This document shows, one piece after another, positions 12,001 through 23,350 of a stretch of DNA of 64,000 nt. Source of the stretch: Selaginella moellendorffii. Lineage: Eukaryota > Plantae > Lycopodiophyta. The position numbers were made by a program, and so were the translations under genes. The stretch's first letter is position 1. Every line of letters starts with the position of its first letter. A model generated the notes under the pieces. The model was not told where the DNA came from and made no database searches. It worked only from the letters and a program-made list of their open reading frames with translations. The stretch spans positions 444,731 to 508,730 of the forward strand of contig NW_003314358.1 of assembly GCF_000143415.4 (NCBI RefSeq). Reading direction: 5' to 3'.

Positions 12001-12399
12001 TAGCACAACCCCAGATCTAGAGAATTTTTTCGTTTCTTTCATTTTCATAGTGAATTTCTTCCATCTCGGGCATTGTATTAATTTTTGAGGTTTTAGGTTC
12101 CTAGATCTGCTCCAGATATGTGTTCTAGCATCAAGAATTCTTAGATTTAGCAGCTAGAGCAGAACATACAGCCATTCTCACAGTACATTATAGTCACTTT
12201 GGAAGGCTTGTTTTCTTTCTTTTCTCCACTATTCAAATTTTTTCTGAGCATGTTGGATAGATTTGCTCTGGAGCTTTTCCTAGAAAGTTTAATTTTGAGC
12301 TGGGTTAGAATGGTTTTGAGTGAGCATATTCTCTCATAAGATCCCATTGCAGCAACTCATGCAAGATCTTATCCAATTCTAGCAAGGCACACACAAATC

Positions 12400-13700
12400 A
12401 GTGTTTAATTATACAACTTGATTCAAGGCATTCTAGAAGTTATGTCTTGATCACAAGGCCATACAGGAAGAGGCTATTGGTATCTCTGCTTATGTTCAAA
12501 ATCTCAAACCTAGACTACAATGAGAGGTGGCAAAGTGGCAGCACCAACAATGCTTGGATGCTTATGCTCATGCAATTGGGCTTGAAATAGAAATGTTTCA
12601 CAAGCTTGGAGTGTCATTCACAGAGGAGCTTGTCCAAGGGCCTTTGGTTGAATATCCTTGTGCTACTTTTACACCTTAATTTTGCATCAAGCCAGCAGGC
12701 AGTTAGATGCCTACAACAATTGAAGCAGCTTTGGCAGAATTCATCCTCTAGCAATAACAAAAGTAACAACTCAAGCTGATCCAGGAGCTCCATGCCTTGA
12801 GACTCCTTACTGGGACTCACCCCTCTTGCCCTCCATGCCGGTGTGATGAGTGTCACTCTAATACACATGATACAGCTCGTTGTTGGCACCTTCACCTTGA
12901 GCTTTGCCCTCCTCATCAACTCCTCGTACAACAGCAACAATCTGGAGACAACTCCTTGTTAGCATCACTGTCCAGTTCGAGCAGATACCAGTAGATGCTT
13001 CAACAATGCACTATCAAGGCAACTCCATCATCATCTAAAGATTGTGGAAAAGATCCAGCTCGCATTAACGTGATCAAAATTTATGAGAAAGAAGAAGTAG
13101 CAGCTTGTAGCAGCAACTATGCTCAGAAGCAGAAGGCCACAGCTACCCAGGAATTAGATGGAAAGGCAAATCCAAATCTCAAGGATTCCAATCTAGCAAC
13201 ACTTATGGCATGCAATTGCCATTTCCTTTGGTTTTTCCACTTGATCTAGCACACTAGAACGTCTTCCAAAACTAACTACTTGCAATAGGAATAACACTTG
13301 CTCGACACATAAGTCTCCCTCTCGCTCAGCCATCTTTTGTGAGTATGGTCAGAGCGTCTGGCCCAGATCCTTCTCCCACTCTACCAGCACATCCAGTCCA
13401 TCAGATCTTGGAGTGTTCATTATCCCAACAAAGGTGGCAGGCATAGACAATACTTTGGCTAATTCCAAATTTAGCATGAACATTATCTTCTTAGAGATCA
13501 CCAAACATGCTTGCCTTGGCATCTTTCTGCACTCCTCAGTTGTGCTCAAATCATTTGCAAATCATATAATTCATCTAGTCGCCATTTGCTATGATGTCCC
13601 TATTTCTACACATGGTGTCACAATGAATGTGAATCATATCATTGTCAACTGCTCTACACTTGAAGCCCCCTTCTCTCAATGAGTCTTTGATCCTTGCACA
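12400..13700 (+). mobile_element. highly degenerate LTR-retrotransposon gag/protease remnant
   Basis: YVQNLKPRLQ.EV (gag-like), CDECHSNTHDTARC (CX2CX4HX4C knuckle, ~12842) and protease-like IPTKVAGIDNTLANS..SMNII...ICYDVPISTHGV. No intact ORF and no RT recognised. Confidence 0.5.
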
Positions 13701-15474
13701 TGGCAAGGAGAGCAGGATATATAATGATTGGCAAAGGGGAGAACATGCCTAAAATTTTGAACAATCCCCATGGGGACTTCTCTGTGTGAGTCTTCTTCCA
13801 CCAGTGATACAACAACAGCAACAAAGGAACCTTTCAACCCTGAGGAGTATGAGGATGACAATCCATTTGACATCATCTTCTGCTGGATGATCACAAGCTT
13901 AGCCTCTTTACTTGAGACTTAGGCTTCCCATGATGATATTGCCTCACCTACAGGCACTCATGAGCTTTTGGACGAGGAGCAACATTCAAGTTTTCTAGCG
14001 GACAAGCTTAAAGACAACAGCAGCAACACTTTCACTACTACAGTCTCTCTTGGAGCAGATCCTAGTGACTTAACAAAGCAGGAGAATGACACAGGAGTGA
14101 ACCTATGTGCTGTTTCTTTTGGTGGCAAACAAGGGCCACTCGCAGCCAATTCATGCCCGACCATGGCACTTGTAGCACCAATGAAGAATGAGGCTGGGCA
14201 GTGAAATTTGAGCTCCCTTCTTGGACAGATATCCACATGTCTACTCTTATCTACTAAGTTATTCTTTCCAGGATCATTTTGGCTCTAGATCCTTTTCTTC
14301 ATCAGTAAGGACCCTGTCCCATCAACCTAAGCAACTCACAGAAGCTTTTCAAGATGGCACATAAGAGCTATACAACAAAACCCAACATTTCCTACAAAGT
14401 TGGCCACAACAAAGCAATGACAATTTTTCTGGACTTTGACCACATTCATGAGTTTCCAAACACCAGAGGCCACTCTCTTTAGCTTCTAACTGCCAGCAAA
14501 CACCTTGGAGTCATCACTTTCCATTAGCTACATCATTTCAATAAGGCACAACACTCAGGATCTCTTCCATCTTTGGCTCCGGTTTCCAGCACCAACTCTC
14601 CTAGCAAGATGGATCCTTTTGATGTGTCTTATAGGCCACAAAGATCTAGCCAAGTTGTAATTGCTTTGCACTCACGAGTTTGCAGCTACATTTGCTACAC
14701 TCGACACCACCATCTTTCTACCAGCAACTAAGGCAAGTTCCTTTCTTTTGACAACATCACTTATCAACCTCTAGGAGCAGCAGAAGCTGAGGCACTCCAA
14801 ATCTTGAGCAGCATTGTTTGTGCATCTAGATTCTCTCAACACTACAAACTTTGCATTGACATGCCCGACCTAAGCATGAGTTCTAGTAGCGTTCAAGGTA
14901 CCCTACAGGACTCCCTCTGCCCTCCAGATGTGCACTCCATCATGGCTACATTCATCAAGAGCCAATGACCTTCTCAAGTGGTCACAAGGCAACAAATTCC
15001 AGCCCGGGCTTTGGTTATCTACAACTTGGAGCTGCCTTTGAGCACCGTGGCATACATCTACCATGCCGGAAGAGCAGTGCATGATTTGTTTTCATTACGT
15101 TTGCATGAAAGAATGCTAAAAGGTACTTGAAATGTGTGTACTTCTTATTATGTATTATGTACAGCAGCATAGAAACTTCAATTGTAACTCCATCTCGACA
15201 TTTCTTTGTTTGGCGTCCAGGATCAGTTTGCAGCTCCCAGGTACACACTAAGTCACTCACAAAGCTTTGCTTCGAGACAACCGAGTGGCAGTCATACACA
15301 AGGGAAGCAATCCATTTACTCTGCTGGTTCATGATCACCACCCTTGCTTGCCATGTCAGCCCCCCAGCTCACCAGTTTGACCAGGTTGACATGCAATACA
15401 ATCGCACATTCACATGAGAACCTAGAACCATGGATCTTGAATGGTAAAGCTCCATGAGAAGAGGGTTCACAAGT

Positions 15475-15548
15475 GGCCTTCTAGCTCAGTTGGTCAGAGC
15501 GTCGTGCTAATAACGCGAAGGTCACAGGTTCGAGACCTGTGTGGGCCA
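15475..15548 (+). tRNA. trnI-AAT: tRNA-Ile (anticodon AAT)
   Basis: GGCCTTCTAGCTCAGTTGGTCAGAGCGTCGTGCTAATAACGCGAAGGTCACAGGTTCGAGACCTGTGTGGGCCA. Intact A and B boxes, anticodon arm TCGTG-CT AAT AA-CGCGA, one T:T mismatch in the acceptor stem, T6 terminator at 15556-15561. Confidence 0.95.
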
Positions 15549-15624
15549 ACTATCATTTTTTCCTTTATGCTTTAATGTTTTAGGGCTTTGTTTAATGCGA
15601 GGGTTTTTCTAGGGTTCTTGCGAG

Positions 15625-17571
15625 ATGAGGGTCGGATTCCAGATCGCCAGGGCGGTCGCAAGAGCGGTCCATGGATCCGGCAATGCGGTATCTTCCAGCC
15701 GCATTTTCAGGCCTTCGAGCAGCAGCATCATCGTCAGGGGCCTGGCCGACGATTTCAGCAGCCTCTTCGATCAGAATGCGATGAAGACCAAGGCTCCAGG
15801 CAAGGCGAGGGAAGATGGAGAGGCCACAAAGGCGGGCAAGGTGAACGAGGACAAGGAGGAGGTGAGTGAATTGGATCTACTGGATTTGCAATTCGCGAAA
15901 ATCGAGACTACAACAAGAACAACAACGGTGAGTGATAGCAAGCCGGAGTCCCTGGAGCCAATCGTCCAGGAGATCCCGCTCCTACCGCCCTTTGGATCTG
16001 ACGAGGAGCTCATCGAGTACGCAACTGCGGTCGTGAAAGAAACGCCGTGGCGGCAGCTCTACACCAAGCTCGCAGTTCTGGGTGATCAAGTCAAGGCTCA
16101 CCACGTCCCAGAGATCATCAAACGAGCCAAGGATTCGCCGGTGGTGTTTAGTTTCTTCATGTGGGTGAGAGCCAGGCGACACATCCGTCTGGATTCCTCC
16201 ATGTTTACGTTGCTCTTTGAGGTTCTAAGCTCCACCGACAAGCCGGAGGAGATGGAGTGGCTCCTCGACCAGATGCCAAAGTGGGGGATTCCCGTGGAGG
16301 ACTCCATGGTTGTGACGGTGATGCTGGCTTACGGGAGGCTGGACAGGGCCGGTGACGCTCTCAAGCTCTTCTTGAAGATGGAGGAGCTCGGGGTGAAGTA
16401 TCCCAAGACCTCGACTTTCAACTGTATCTTGCGACTACTCCTCAACGCGGGCCGGAACTTACAGTTCGATATGGTACACAAGAGGATGACGATGATGAGG
16501 AAGATGAACGCTCTCACGTACGAGATTCTCATCGCTAAGGTCTGCCGGTTTGGCGCCGCCGAGAGCGCGTATGAAGTCTTCCAGGAGATGAAAGATGTGG
16601 AGCACCAGCCGAGCGTGGCTGCGTACGCGAGCTTGGTGGAGAGCTTGAGCAAGGCGGGTAGAGAGGACATAGCTATCCAGGTGCTGGAAGAGATGGAAAC
16701 TCCTTCAGCCGAGGTTTACAACCCGCTGGTGAGGAACTTGGTCCTGGCAGGGAAGCTAGGTGTGGCACTGACACAGTACAAGAAGATGCTGGAGGCTAAA
16801 CTCAAGCCGGTTTCCTCGACTTGCATTCCCATACTCACGGAGCTCGTGATCACCGAGAGAAGCGAGCAGGCTTGCTCGCTCTTCCGGGAGATGATCAAGT
16901 CCGGCTATGCTTCTCCCGCGGACTGTCTGCCGGTGGTGGAGAGCAGCTACAAGAAGTGCAAGATCGAGATGGTGTGGAGCTTCATCAAGGAGCTTCCCAA
17001 GCTTCCGGACTGCGATTTCGACGAGAAGATCATATACTCTCTCGTCAAGGGACTTATGGACAAGGAGAGGCTTGATCTGGCGAGGAAGCTGTTTCAGTCG
17101 GTGCTGAGCACGGGGAAGAAGTTGCCGGCGGATACTTACAACCTTTTCATCCTCAAGCTGCGCACCACCGACGGCAGCAAGCAGATCTTCGACCTCATGA
17201 AGCAGAACGGATGTGTTCCGGATACTCGCAGCTACAACGGCATGATCGAGGCGCTGGTGCGAGCGGGATCGATCGGCGAGGCGTATCAGCTCTTTGTGGA
17301 GATGATGGACAAAGGCTACCAGGCTGATGCGATCACTTACAAGCTGCTCATGCAGATCCTCAGCAGGGACGAGAAGATGAACGCGAGCACCGTCACGGAA
17401 GCCATGACGAAGCTCAAGGAGAAGGGGAAGTTTGAAGCAGCAGGGACGTACCTCGACAAGCTTTCGCAGCAAAAGCTTTTACCGTTTGGGAAAGGCAAGG
17501 GGATCGAAGGGAAGGTTCTGGTGAAAGTCTTGCAAAAGGATGGACGGAGGCTGGAAGATATCTACATGTGA
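15625..17571 (+). CDS. P-class pentatricopeptide repeat protein, 648 aa, likely organelle (mitochondrion) targeted
   Basis: Intronless ORF with tandem 35-aa P motifs (e.g. PDTRSYNGMIEALVRAGSIGEAYQLFVEMMDKGYQ) and an R/S/A-rich N-terminal presequence. Confidence 0.93.
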   Translation: MRVGFQIARAVARAVHGSGNAVSSSRIFRPSSSSIIVRGLADDFSSLFDQNAMKTKAPGKAREDGEATKAGKVNEDKEEVSELDLLDLQFAKIETTTRTTTVSDSKPESLEPIVQEIPLLPPFGSDEELIEYATAVVKETPWRQLYTKLAVLGDQVKAHHVPEIIKRAKDSPVVFSFFMWVRARRHIRLDSSMFTLLFEVLSSTDKPEEMEWLLDQMPKWGIPVEDSMVVTVMLAYGRLDRAGDALKLFLKMEELGVKYPKTSTFNCILRLLLNAGRNLQFDMVHKRMTMMRKMNALTYEILIAKVCRFGAAESAYEVFQEMKDVEHQPSVAAYASLVESLSKAGREDIAIQVLEEMETPSAEVYNPLVRNLVLAGKLGVALTQYKKMLEAKLKPVSSTCIPILTELVITERSEQACSLFREMIKSGYASPADCLPVVESSYKKCKIEMVWSFIKELPKLPDCDFDEKIIYSLVKGLMDKERLDLARKLFQSVLSTGKKLPADTYNLFILKLRTTDGSKQIFDLMKQNGCVPDTRSYNGMIEALVRAGSIGEAYQLFVEMMDKGYQADAITYKLLMQILSRDEKMNASTVTEAMTKLKEKGKFEAAGTYLDKLSQQKLLPFGKGKGIEGKVLVKVLQKDGRRLEDIYM

Positions 17572-18066
17572 GACGCAAAAATTTGGGACAAGATGTGAGT
17601 GGAACTTTATATATGCTTATCCTTTCACTTCGCTCGATTTGATTGTTTTGTTTTGTTTTGTACAGTGGCTTTGAGAGAACTTTGCACTGCTGTGAGTGAT
17701 CCGAAGCATTCATCTGTGGAGAGCGAAGTTTGTGTGTGGAATATCTCCCACACGACGACAATAATGCAGGTATGGGATAATATTCTCTCGAAAGTGCGGC
17801 TGCCTCCACTGTCGCTGGCGGCTGAGCAAAGCAGCCACGCTATATATAAAGTCGTGGAGCCAGGTGAAAACTCACCACTCTCATTTTCCGAGCTCTCCTC
17901 GTCGCTGTTTGATTCCTTCCAGCTTGACATCTTTAGTTCTCTCTCTTGCAGACCCTTTCGATCGTCTCAAGCCTCGAGAAAAGTCCACTTTTGAGCTCCA
18001 GTGCTTCTCTAGTTCGTCTGGCGAAGGTGTGAAAAATCAAGTTTTGGCCAATCTGGTTGATCCGAG

Positions 18067-18300
18067 ATGGGATTTCTGGCACGGCTGTGGGACGATGTTG
18101 TTGCTCATGATCCTGGGATGAATCTGCGGGATCCAAAGCTGGAAGGATCATTGCAAGGAGCTCCTTTCGCCCAACGAGACAAGGACAAGACAGGGAATAT
18201 GAGTGATCGAGAAGGAAGAACCAGAGATGATCCAGGCGTTACAAGACAATTATCTCCCAGTGTCTCGGATTGGCTCGTCCTCAGCATTCTAGACAGATGA
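18067..18300 (+). CDS. dormancy/auxin-associated (DRM1/ARP-family) small protein, 77 aa, copy 2
   Basis: MGFLARLWDDVVAH...SPSVSDWLVLSILDR, with an upstream TATA box. Confidence 0.8.
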   Translation: MGFLARLWDDVVAHDPGMNLRDPKLEGSLQGAPFAQRDKDKTGNMSDREGRTRDDPGVTRQLSPSVSDWLVLSILDR

Positions 18301-19394
18301 AAGAAAAAGACTTCATTGTCTTGTCAAAGTTTGCTCTTCGCAAAGAAGGATCCAAATCTATTCCTTCGTCTTGTGAAAGTTTGCTCTTCGCAAAAAGCTA
18401 TGTGATCTAAGCTTGAAACGAAAGATTTCCAAATACTCGAGTTCTTTGACTGAAGTTCTGATTGGTGGATCCAAACTTTCGCTTAGATCTTGATGCAGTG
18501 TCACAAAATCTCAGAAACGTTTGAAACATCCAGTAGCAGAAGTTCATTACATTCATCACCATCAGAACATCGTTTGGATCTTTCACACTCTCCAGTGTCC
18601 TTGCTTCAGAGAGCTGCTTCGATTGGATCCACCAAAGTCACCGAGAAGTGAATCGTCCCTCGAAGTTCCTTCTCTACACGACCATGGCGATGGAGGAGCA
18701 AGCATGGCTTCTCTCTCGACGAAGCCCAAGGTAGAGGATCATCAAAACGTAGGCCAAGATCGCGAGAGCTCCCAAGGGCCCGAGCGCCGCACGGTACAAG
18801 CCCGCAGCGCTGGAATCCATCACGGCAGTGGAGCCAGCAATCGCGACGAAAATGATGAGTCTTATCTTCTACACAAGGAAGACGAAACAAACAACGCATC
18901 GATGAATAGAAAAGGAATCGAGAGGATCTACAGTGGTTCCTGAGCTCTCCATCGCGGCAAGAGCCACAAATTTCTCCGCGAGAGAATGATATGATTCCTC
19001 TGATAAGGAGTCACATAAAAAGCATTGCTTTGAATCTATGGTGAGGGCTCCAGATCTGCGTTGGAGGGGTGGCTGCCAAGGCAGAAAGAAAGGAGCCATC
19101 GCCAGTCTTGTGGCACCACACTCATACAATGCGGATCGGATCGCTTATCGCGCATTGCAATCAGTACGATGGTGCGCCGCTAAAAACCCTAAACTATCCA
19201 TGGAAGAACCCTAATATATGAGATTAAAGGTTTTAGGTCACGTTCTTGCAGAGAATGAGGATGGCATCTACTCGAGAGAACACGCTCGAGCTGCAAAGCA
19301 TCAGAGATTCTCGACGAGTTTTCGATGCGATTAAGACCCATGAGTCTGATTTTCCTAGCGGCTCTTGGTCCACACGCATCACACAGGACAGCCC

Positions 19395-19460
19395 CAAACT
19401 AGGGCATCTCCGGGTGTTTGGCTGCGTTGCCTACGCTCACATTCCAGATGCTCAGCGCCA
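19395..19460 (+). mobile_element. tiny Ty1/copia pol fragment
   Basis: HLRVFGCVAYAHIPDAQR, the copia post-integrase motif. Confidence 0.65.
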
Positions 19461-19987
19461 GTTGATCACGACTGGATGATGGATTTGTATGCCGGACGTC
19501 TAGACAACTCGATTCAATAGAGCAGCACATCATTTCCTGGACGGCGATCATCACAGCCACCAAGCCCGATCAAGAAACAAGGCTATCTATACAGAAAGCA
19601 ATGAAATACACTCATTTGGTCTTGTTGACTTGCTTTGCTCGCTAGGCTCGCCGAGTTGAATTATTTCTACCTTGAATTTTAAGATTCGAAATGATTCTTG
19701 ACTATGCAAGGGTTTTTAGGGGAATGGCGTTGTTTTGTGCGTGTCAATGTTTCTCTTACAAAAGGTTAAGGAGCTGGTTTTTCTTCATTAGACTTGGTAT
19801 TAATGTTTTTCTTGTAAACTCTTGGCTAAATTATCATCTTAACCAAATTTGGTATTATTTTCTTTTACAAGGTATGTGCTAATGTTCCGAATGAAGCTCC
19901 GGAGATGGCACTAATGGAAATATGATTGATGGTCAAATAAAACAATAAAATTAACCTTTTTAGTTAGTAGTCAAGCAATTCTTAATT

Positions 19988-20485
19988 TCAACAAGTATTT
20001 TTATTTACAAATGAGTAATGTGTGTTGCAACTTGTCCAGCCAGAACATATACTGTAAAAGCTATGTTGTAATTTATCATATTTTCTGCTTTTTGAGCTTA
20101 ATAATAAATCAGTATGCCATGGTTTATTATAAAATATTCCTATAGTTAATAATCCATTATCTAAAGAAACAAATCCCCCATGAAAGTAAAGATTACATTC
20201 GTTCCATATAATATTATAAGCCTCAATTATGTCATCCAAAATATTTGGGTAATATGATTCAATAGTAAAAGACACAACTATGTTGTGGTTGAAAATAAAT
20301 CGTCTATTGCCAATATTCTTTTGACGGACAAATTCTAAAATCTGATATTTAAAATCACAAACCCCTTGTTGTGTGAAATACTGACTTGTATATCCTGTAA
20401 TACAACCTTTCATGAATTCAGAGCTCATTCCCGATACTTTATTAACCATTAAAGAAACTGTTACTATGAATAATTTTGTTATCAT
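19988..20485 (-). CDS. AT-rich putative secreted protein of unknown family, 165 aa (intact copy)
   Basis: ATG at 20485 (the ORF-track start at 20494 is GTG). Signal-like MITKLFIVTVSLMVNKVSG, 6 Cys, TATA-like element ~30 nt upstream. An open frame this long in very AT-rich DNA and two local paralogues support coding status. Confidence 0.7.
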   Translation of the reverse strand: MITKLFIVTVSLMVNKVSGMSSEFMKGCITGYTSQYFTQQGVCDFKYQILEFVRQKNIGNRRFIFNHNIVVSFTIESYYPNILDDIIEAYNIIWNECNLYFHGGFVSLDNGLLTIGIFYNKPWHTDLLLSSKSRKYDKLQHSFYSICSGWTSCNTHYSFVNKNTC

Positions 20486-20744
20486 TTTTAACACTAAATC
20501 TCAGCCTTGCAATATATAAATAGTGTTGTTAAGAATAGTAATTCAACATTTGGCACAAAATTGTAATTGCTTCGTCGAGAAGAATAACACGGCCTAAAGT
20601 GTGCTGTAGTGCTCCATTCCCTGGAGTGATACTATTGCTGCCAAGCCATATTTCACCTTTTCAAATATTAGAGCTCTTCCATTCAAACTTTTGCCGTTCA
20701 CAAATTCCTGAATCATTGACTGTTGACCGTTTACTTTTATTTTG

Positions 20745-23243
20745 TCATCTCTTCTGTTCCTTGTAAATGTCTGATATCAACACGAAGGCCGAAGAACTGG
20801 TCTCTACATTTTTCATGGCTTGGAAAGCAATGGTTCCAGTCGATGCATTCTTCCACTTCCACGACGAGCTAAGAACGCTCGTCCACAGTGGATCACTCGC
20901 CTCGCAAGGAATGCTCTTCGCCATAGCCACCGCCTCGTCCAGTCGATCAGCTCTTCCCAGCAAATCCACCAAACAAGTGAAATGCTTCACGTCTGGAGCA
21001 ACCCCGTGCTCCAAAACCATGGCCTGGAAGTAATCCTTGGCTCGATCGACCAGGCCGGCGTGGCTACACAGCACTAGCATCGCCAGGAACGTCACTCCAT
21101 TCGGCCGGATTGGAGTTTCACCGCTGCAAAGCCTCTCGAACGCTTCAAACGCCTGCTTGCTATCACCCTGCCGGCTATACCCATCGATGAGAGCGTTCCA
21201 GGAAACGATGTCTCTTCTCTTGCCTCCGATCCACTCGAAAACTCTGCGAGCGTCCGCCATGCTTCCACACTTCCCGTAGAAATCCACCAAGCTGTTGCAG
21301 ACCATCGTATCCTTCTCGCGGATGCCGGCGCTGGAAATCTCTGCCTCCACTTTCCTGCCGGCCTCTAGAGCTCCCAAGCTTCCGCAAGCCTTGAGCACCG
21401 CGACGTAAGTTATAGCATCCGGAGTGAAGCCTTCCCGTTTCATTCGAGAGTAGAGCTCGAGAGCTGCGTCGGCCTGGCCACTCTCCGTGCTTCCCAGAAT
21501 GAGAGAGTTCCACGACACTGTGTTTCGCTGCTCCATCTTCTCAAAGACACCGCGAGCCTCGGCCAAGCTTCCACACCTCGCGTACATGTCGACTAAAGCG
21601 CTTGCTACGAAGATCTGCTGTTCGTTTCTGGTTGTGGCAGCATCGAAGTGAATGCCCCGGCCTTTCTCCAAGCACTGTGTCCTGTTGTTCTCGTCCCCCT
21701 CTGCCAAGCTCACGCAGGCCTTGAGTGCTGCGAGTATAGTGACGTGATTCACCGGACAGCCTTCTTCTTTCATTCTTGTGTAGAGATCTAAAGCCAGCTT
21801 TCCTTCACCGGTCTCAGCATAGCCTAGAATCATCTCACTCCACGAGAGCTGGTCCTTGTGATGGATGGCTGAGAAAACTCTGCTAGCGTCTTCCATGCTC
21901 CCACACTGAGCATAAGCATGCACGAGACAGTTTGCGACGAAAGCGTGTAGATCATGGCTCGTTGATTGAGTAGCTAGAGTGTGTATGGCTTTGCTTCTTG
22001 ACAAGCTCGCCACCTTCACCACTTTCCCGTTGACAAGAGTGCCTGCTTCGCTCTGCGCCAAGCACACACAAGCCTTGAGTGCTGCGAGAAAGGTTACGTG
22101 GTTTGGAGCACAGGTACCTTCTTCTCGCATCCTAGCAAACAGCTCCAGAGCTTTCTCGCCTTCGCCACCCTCTGCATAGCCGAGAATAATAGAGTTCCAG
22201 GTGACCAGATCGAGACTGCTCATACCTTCAAACACCCCGCGAGCGAGAAGCAAGCAGCCGCATTTGGAGTACAAATCCACGAGCGCGTTTGCAACGAAGA
22301 CGTGCATCTCTTGAGCGTGTCTAGCCGCTTGAGCGTGAAGGATTCTTCCTCTTCGCAGCGCCTCCATCTTCACAGACCTGTCCGAGGCGATTTCCTTCTC
22401 TGCCAGACCAACACAAGCTTTGAGCGCAGCGACAAAGGTGATCGAGTCTGGAGCAATACCTTCGTGTTGCATTCGCGAGTGGAACTCGAGAGCTAGCTCC
22501 TCATCCCCGGCGTCCGCAAATCCCAGTATCATCTCGGTCCACGAGACGACACTAAGTTCCTCCATTCTCTCGAAAACAATGCTCGCGTCCACCATGCTCC
22601 TGCACGTCGCATACATATCAATCAAAGCATTCGCAACGTAAATGTGTACCTCTCTATCGAGCCTGGCAACCCAAGCATGGATCTCCCTTCCTCTCCTCAA
22701 GAACTCGCATGGAACTGGGAAGTTTGTCTCAAGAGCTAGCTTGCCTCGATGATTCTTCTTCGCGAGGCTCGTGCACGCCTTGAGCGCTGCCAGGAACGTT
22801 ACGTGATTTGCGACGGCGTCGCCATGGCCGTGTTCGCCAGAGAAGAGGCGTCCATAGACTTCTAGAGCCAATTCATCCTCGCCCCTGTCCACGCATCCCA
22901 GAATGATACAATTCCACGCCACAACGTTCTTGCTGCGATCCATCCCCTCGAAAACCTGGAATGCCTCGCCCAGGCTGCCGCATCGAGCATACATGTGAAC
23001 CAGCGTCGTGGCCACGAAGAGATTGGACGCCGCGGCGCCCTGGATCGCATCCCTGTGAATCATCCTGCCATTGTGGAGATCTTTGGCGCTGCCGCAGCAT
23101 TTGAGCGCCGCGACAATGGCAGCCACGCCCGGCCGGGCTCCCGATCGCTGGGTGTCAAGGTAAATCCTCAGCGCTACCCTGTCCTCGCTACGATTCCGTG
23201 CCGGGGCAGGGAGCGGGCGCACTGATTCTCCAGCCCTGCGCAT
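20745..23243 (-). CDS. PLS-class PPR protein with short E-like C-terminus, no DYW domain (probable organellar RNA-editing factor), 832 aa
   Basis: Repeating P-L-S triplets (VANALVDLYSKCG..ARGVFEGM / DLVTWNSIILGYA / PNHVTFLAALKAC), then HFTCLVDLLGRADRLDEA and PCEASDPLWTSVLSSSWKWKN. Confidence 0.93.
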   Translation of the reverse strand: MRRAGESVRPLPAPARNRSEDRVALRIYLDTQRSGARPGVAAIVAALKCCGSAKDLHNGRMIHRDAIQGAAASNLFVATTLVHMYARCGSLGEAFQVFEGMDRSKNVVAWNCIILGCVDRGEDELALEVYGRLFSGEHGHGDAVANHVTFLAALKACTSLAKKNHRGKLALETNFPVPCEFLRRGREIHAWVARLDREVHIYVANALIDMYATCRSMVDASIVFERMEELSVVSWTEMILGFADAGDEELALEFHSRMQHEGIAPDSITFVAALKACVGLAEKEIASDRSVKMEALRRGRILHAQAARHAQEMHVFVANALVDLYSKCGCLLLARGVFEGMSSLDLVTWNSIILGYAEGGEGEKALELFARMREEGTCAPNHVTFLAALKACVCLAQSEAGTLVNGKVVKVASLSRSKAIHTLATQSTSHDLHAFVANCLVHAYAQCGSMEDASRVFSAIHHKDQLSWSEMILGYAETGEGKLALDLYTRMKEEGCPVNHVTILAALKACVSLAEGDENNRTQCLEKGRGIHFDAATTRNEQQIFVASALVDMYARCGSLAEARGVFEKMEQRNTVSWNSLILGSTESGQADAALELYSRMKREGFTPDAITYVAVLKACGSLGALEAGRKVEAEISSAGIREKDTMVCNSLVDFYGKCGSMADARRVFEWIGGKRRDIVSWNALIDGYSRQGDSKQAFEAFERLCSGETPIRPNGVTFLAMLVLCSHAGLVDRAKDYFQAMVLEHGVAPDVKHFTCLVDLLGRADRLDEAVAMAKSIPCEASDPLWTSVLSSSWKWKNASTGTIAFQAMKNVETSSSAFVLISDIYKEQKR

Positions 23244-23279
23244 TGAGCGCTAGTTACCTGGATTTTTCCTAGGGTTTAT

Positions 23280-23350
23280 CGAGTTTTCGATGCGGTTCTA
23301 GCAGCACGACATCGTTTCCTGGACAGGGATCATCACAGGCTATGCTCACG
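23280..23350 (+). pseudogene. PPR motif fragment
   Basis: RVFDAV..HDIVSWTGIITGYAH across a frameshift. Confidence 0.55.

Larger units (their letters stand above)
15605..19133 (+). repeat. dispersed segmental duplication, copy 2
   Basis: Paralogous to 6050-9262. Confidence 0.92.

Noticed and set aside
15005-15075. LVIYNLELPLSTVAYIYHAGR resembles a DEAD-box helicase C-terminal motif
   Set aside because: About 20 aa, isolated, with no other helicase motifs; cannot be supported.
16756-17472. 238-aa antisense ORF (and similar ones over the PLS PPR and HEMA)
   Set aside because: Shadow ORFs expected opposite GC3-rich coding sequence.
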